A DNA stretch of 64,000 nt, taken from Amoebidium appalachense. Lineage: Eukaryota > Protista > Ichthyosporea. This document shows positions 39,531 through 64,000 of the stretch, in pieces. The notes beneath the pieces are model-generated. The model ran no database searches. It worked only from the letters and a program-made list of their open reading frames with translations, and was not told the origin of the DNA. The DNA is taken from the NCBI GenBank assembly GCA_963693365.1, contig CAVNZM010000005.1:7758710-7822709 (forward strand), in the 5' to 3' direction. Both the position numbers and the translations under genes were made by a program. The stretch's first letter is position 1. Each line of letters starts with the position of its first letter.

Positions 39531-40563
39531 CGGGGCCTGCGGCGGCCCGGGAGGCGGCCGGGCGGCCGGGGCCGCCCGCTGGCCCGCTGCAGGACGCTAG
39601 GTTGCAGGAGCCGGATGGCGCAAACTGATATGGCGCAGGTTGCAACGTTGCCAAAGTTGCGGCGGCTCTAGCCTATGGGGTTTACGCTGTTTACTTGAGG
39701 CAAATGGCCATAGCAGGTTGAAGGTTCAGCCACGTTCTGCCGGCGACAGCCTCCACAAAAGTTTTCACCACGTACGTGTACGCCCCCTTCTCCCCCCTCC
39801 CCCCTCCACCCCACCCTTCCTCTCTCCCCATCGGATCACCACCAAGGCCACTAGTCTCCGTCGCTGCCTTTCAGTTAACTGCTGACTTGTTCCTTACTTT
39901 TGCATATACACTCGCCGAGCTTGGTATTGAGCAGCTTGCCATGCAGTACACGACTTGTGCCTTTTCCTTTCCCCCCCCCCCCAACCCCCCCCCCCCCCCC
40001 CACCCCCCTTCCCCCCTCCCCTCCCCTCCCCCCCTCCCCCCCCCCCCCCCCCCCCCTCACCTTTCAACCACTAGTTGTGCCTCGCGCGTGCTGTTGCCTC
40101 CACCGTTTTTCGGCAAATGGGACAGCTGAAGCCTCCCCCCCCCGCCCCCCCTCCCCCCCCCCGTTCTGCCTTCTCCACATCCTACTATGCGACCACCATC
40201 AACATCCTATTTTCCCTTCTTCTCGATCCTCCCTCCTTCTCCTCCCCCCCCCCCCCCCCCCTTCAGTCCCTCTCCTCCCCCCCCTCCCCCCCCAACCTCG
40301 CTTTGTGGTCTGGTTCTCTGTCCACTCGTTTACTTATCTAACCCTCCTCCTCATTCTCCCCCCATCACCCGCCCCCTCTCTCACCCCCTTCCGACCTTCG
40401 AGCTCCCCCTCTACCCCCCCCCCCTCGCCCCCCCTCCCCTCCCCACTCTTCCCCGCCCTTCCCCCCCCCCCCCCCTCCCACCCTTCCCCTCCCGCCTGCC
40501 ACCTTCGCCTGCTTTGATTCTAGTAGGAAATTCGGACAAAAAGAAAAAGCAAGAGGAGCCACC

Positions 40564-43942
<3,379 letters not shown>

Positions 43943-44971
43943 TGGAACACTGTGGTCCACAGTGGGAGCTGATGCTGTAAGGAGATGAATGATAGCAACG
44001 GAAATGCACTTTGATGCAACAGCTGGAAGACCACAGTGTGAGATTTTTACCCTGGATAAGCATGGTAGCTATAGGTGTAGTGAGAAGTAGTCGGTGCACA
44101 AGTCACGGTACAAGTGTACATGATGCGGGTGTCACAGCATGATTCACCGTTGTAGAGTTACTTATGAAGAAAGCCTCAGTCAATTATAAGATAATGACAG
44201 GAGCTATGCTTTACTGTGTTTAATGCAGAACGTGTGGACACTGTTGATGGATGTAGAGTAATTAAGTTATGTAGGTAGTCGTTGGAAAACCTCGTCGTGT
44301 GTGGCAGCAACGTGCCACTGGAGCGAGGGAGCAGTTGATGATGGTGCCTGTGTCACAGTGACAGCAAACATCGATATGCTGTTTGCAGATGGAGCTTCGG
44401 AGAATGTTATGCTACTCTGTCACAAATGTTTGCCAATGCATGGCATCGGCACATGCGACAGTTGTTGTAGAATAACGACGAGGTAATAGTGGTGTACCTA
44501 TAATAATAAAATAATTGTACATGGGTATACGTGTGTGTAATAAATAGAGGCGAGGCACTACGCGAAAAAACTGCCGTCCACTGTTCCAGACCTAAGTTTT
44601 CTGGGTACCGGTTGGATGCCAGTCGGGAGACGGGCGTACCATAATGATAAGCCTGAGTCCATGTGGCTACGGTACTAATATTTATTAGTATGGTAGTAGT
44701 TCAGGTGAACTGCGTGAGACAGTCAAAGTTTACAGCCCCAAATCTTCACCAGCACCCGAGGGGCCCGGCCAAACTGTTATTTACACCGTGTTGAAACAGA
44801 GGGCCAACTTTTTCCTAATCTAGTAGATTTTTTCCATATATGTAGGATCAGGAGACCAAACTGCCAGTGTAGTGCATGTTTGAAGCTGTCAGCTGCACGA
44901 CCATTACATGAACTTCAAGAATGTCTGCCGTGTTTCTCTGACATACCGCTCGCTGATATTTACCTCCCATG

Positions 44972-45008
<37 letters not shown>

Positions 45009-45177
45009 ACACACACACACACACACACACCGCCTGGCCCCCCAAAAGTTACTATTACCCCCTCCCCGTTCAAAAATAAAGTATCCCTCAAATGGAGGAT
45101 GGTGGTGGGGGGCCGGGGAGGGGGGAAGGGGGAGGGGATTACATGTCACTACTATGTCATTGTCACGGTGTGTGTAC

Positions 45178-45263
<86 letters not shown>

Positions 45264-46634
45264 ACACGCGTGCGATATGTGTGGGTGTGGTGCACTCTTG
45301 CAAACAAAAGTCCCGGTCCGGATATGACACATAAATTAAAAGGTGACTGGGGCCGAGGGATGGATTTCCACTTAACCGTTAAATTTAGGGGGATCTAACA
45401 GAACATATGGTTCCTCTGGGACCCACTACAATACGTACACACCTCCCACACAGAGCTTTTCAGAAAAAAAAATCGGTAGGTCACGGGGGGAAAGCCTTGG
45501 AGGGGAGGCCCTGGTGGGTTGGGGGCACTTTGGTTCTTACTAGGTATATATGTGCTTGCCAAAGAACCCGTGGTTTTAAAAAACACACCCATTGAAAGTC
45601 TCCTTTATTTATGACTGCCATTTCTGCGTCGTGCGCATGATCAGCATGGCTAACTTATACACTTGCACCTTTACAAGCTTTGCCGCTGCCAGCAGCGGTC
45701 CAGCTACAACACGTGGATTATCTATCTCCTATATAATAAATTGCTGAGCTTCATTAATACCCCAATATATGCCTCACCCCGATTCTATAGGAAATATCTT
45801 GGTGTACATGTACCCGTGTGCATGTGCATCGTAAGTGCTAACATTACTCGAGCCTTTTGCTCACCGAAACAACAACAGTATCCCCAAAAAGCTCACATCC
45901 ATACGGTTTCACATTGCAGTATCATGTGTTATTTTCACGATCACTCTTTGCTGGTCATTCAGTAGAACTTATACTCAGTCGGGGAACACCAAAGAACAAT
46001 AACACGACCTTATCCCCCCCCCTCCCCCCCCCCCCCCCCCCTCCAAATTCTTCCAACAAACGCCGATGCAGGCTTAGCTGAAGGTAAGCCAACAAAAAAA
46101 AACATGCACAAACAATGCAATGGTTGTAAGTAAACCCAATGTGTTGTTGTTAACTATGAACGGGGCACATGTAAGTGTACGCCGCCTGTGCCACTGTGTA
46201 TGTGAATTTTCATGCCTATGTGATTGTATGTGGGTGTGCATGCCTAATGCAGTGTGCATGTGCATGTGCTCGCGTATTTGTTTGGGTGTGAGTGTGTGTG
46301 TGTGCGTTAACTGACAACTGGGAGCGTAATCATGTGTTGTGTTTTATCAAATTAACAATAGGGAACACAAAAAAGGTGTGTCCGGACGTAGATACGTGTG
46401 GGGTTTACGCTGTTTACACGAGTAACTATGAGTGAGTGAGTGAGTGGGTGTATATATATAACAAAACAAAAATGAAGGAATATACGTGTGTGCGTGTGCA
46501 TGTGCATGTGTGTGTGTGTGTGTGTGGGTCATCGCACGTGTCATGTTTGTGTGTGTCTGTGTCTGTCTGTGTGTGTGTGTGTGCGTGTGTGCGTGTGAAT
46601 GTTTGTGTCGTGCGTGCCCGCGTGCCTGCGCCTG

Positions 46635-46740
<106 letters not shown>

Positions 46741-46861
46741 ACAGTGTGTATGTGTGTGTGTGTCACAGTTTGTATGTGTGTATGTGCGTGTGTTGGGTTG
46801 TTGAAGGGGAAAGGGGGGGACATCTGCAAATGCACTAGAAGCTCTCCACGACCAGGAGCAT

Positions 46862-56176
<9,315 letters not shown>

Positions 56177-56220
56177 CTGCTGCTGGGGCAGGGGAGAAGT
56201 CGAGGGGGGGGGGGGGGGGG

Positions 56221-56404
56221 TTTGAATGCGTCAAAAAGTACGAAGTACACAGGAACAAACGGATAACACGATGCAGAATGCAAGCCATACATAAAGAGTA
56301 TGCATAATAAGCAGAGCCCATCCTCAGGGGGGGCCCACGTCATCCACAGTACCCGAGTTTCGACCTATTTCCCCTCGTTAACGAAACCCAACTTAGATAC
56401 TGTT
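56221..56404 (-). repeat. Dispersed intronic element, full-length copy D
   Basis: Colinear with copy B: TCTAAGTTGG...GGTCGAAACTC...GATGACGTGGGCCCCCCCTGAGGATGGGCTCTGCTTAT...TACTTCGTAC...GCATTCAAACCCCC. Confidence 0.75.
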
Positions 56405-56608
56405 TCCGGGGGGGGGGGGGGGGGGGGGGGGAGGGACGGAGGACATCGGCTATTGGATGAGCAAGATGTCGACCCTTGGCCTTGGTGCTAAATAAAGCAT
56501 GCACGAGATCATCACGGAAAAACAAAGCACACACACTGTAGACGGACACAGCACACAGCTGTGAACGCACAAGCACAAAATTTGAAGTTTGTGTGTGTGT
56601 TTTTTTTT

Positions 56609-56640
<32 letters not shown>

Positions 56641-56811
56641 GAAGGTGTGTGTTGCGTGTGGATGGGGGACCGGGGGGGGGGGGGGGGGGGGGATGAGAAC
56701 ACCATGGAGGAAACAAGAAACATATACGTAGGAACGTCCAGCATGTACAGTTACAAGGAGGAAAAAAAAAGGGGAGGGGGGGGGGGGGGGGGGGGAAGGG
56801 GGTTAAGTCAC

Positions 56812-63644
<6,833 letters not shown>

Positions 63645-64000
63645 CTGCATAGCAACACAATCATTACTAATAAACACCAACGATTCAAAGGGGTTTTTTA
63701 TGCTCATAAAGTGCAAATTCGATTTTTTTCTTTGGCATGACCGTGTCCATTGGCACAGCTCGATCCGACTGTCAGTTGTTGAAATGGTAGCATGTGCAGC
63801 TCTTGATGTCCTTTCATAGGGGTGGATCTTAATAATGCTAAGTGTTTGCTTACTTAGCTATCTACTAAATCGATCCGAGGTGTTTACTACCTCAAAAGAT
63901 CTACTTACTTGACTATATTACCCTTAGCCGTTAGTTCACTAGCACACCATGCAAGCGAACACAAGAAGCGCCCTAACCCAGACACAGGAGCATTCTGTAA

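Overview
This is eukaryotic genomic DNA, about 64 kb, with short exons and GT-AG introns packed with poly-C/poly-G runs and (CA)n/(TG)n microsatellites. Most of the supplied ORF track is repeat artefact. The lineage cannot be read from the sequence; a unicellular holozoan or other protist is only a guess. Splicing by hand with phase checks gives these genes: (1) an intronless secreted Cys-module protein (-, 71-841); (2) a 4-exon severin/fragmin-type three-domain gelsolin (-, 2347-5273, 364 aa); (3, 4) two tandem paralogues (-, 7903-17463, 18 exons, 645 aa; and -, ~21120-37401, at least 22 exons), each encoding signal peptide + bacterial-type pectate_lyase_3/DUF4955-like beta-helix + linker + one TM helix + cytoplasmic tail; (5) a 4-exon sigma-class GST (+, 40564-43942, 208 aa); (6) an EEP-family phosphodiesterase (-, 5' end outside the window) that can be spliced in frame to a ~550-aa Ser/Pro-rich tail ending at 46862. 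The strongest candidate for a new system is the pair of fully intronised, membrane-anchored DUF4955/PL29-like polysaccharide lyase homologues, probably acquired from bacteria. Also present: a 42/48-bp minisatellite, a dispersed ~200-bp intronic element in four copies, clustered CCTGANTATC motifs in a divergent intergenic region, and many 3' splice sites where (CA)n replaces the polypyrimidine tract. Family assignments come from motif recognition, not database searches.
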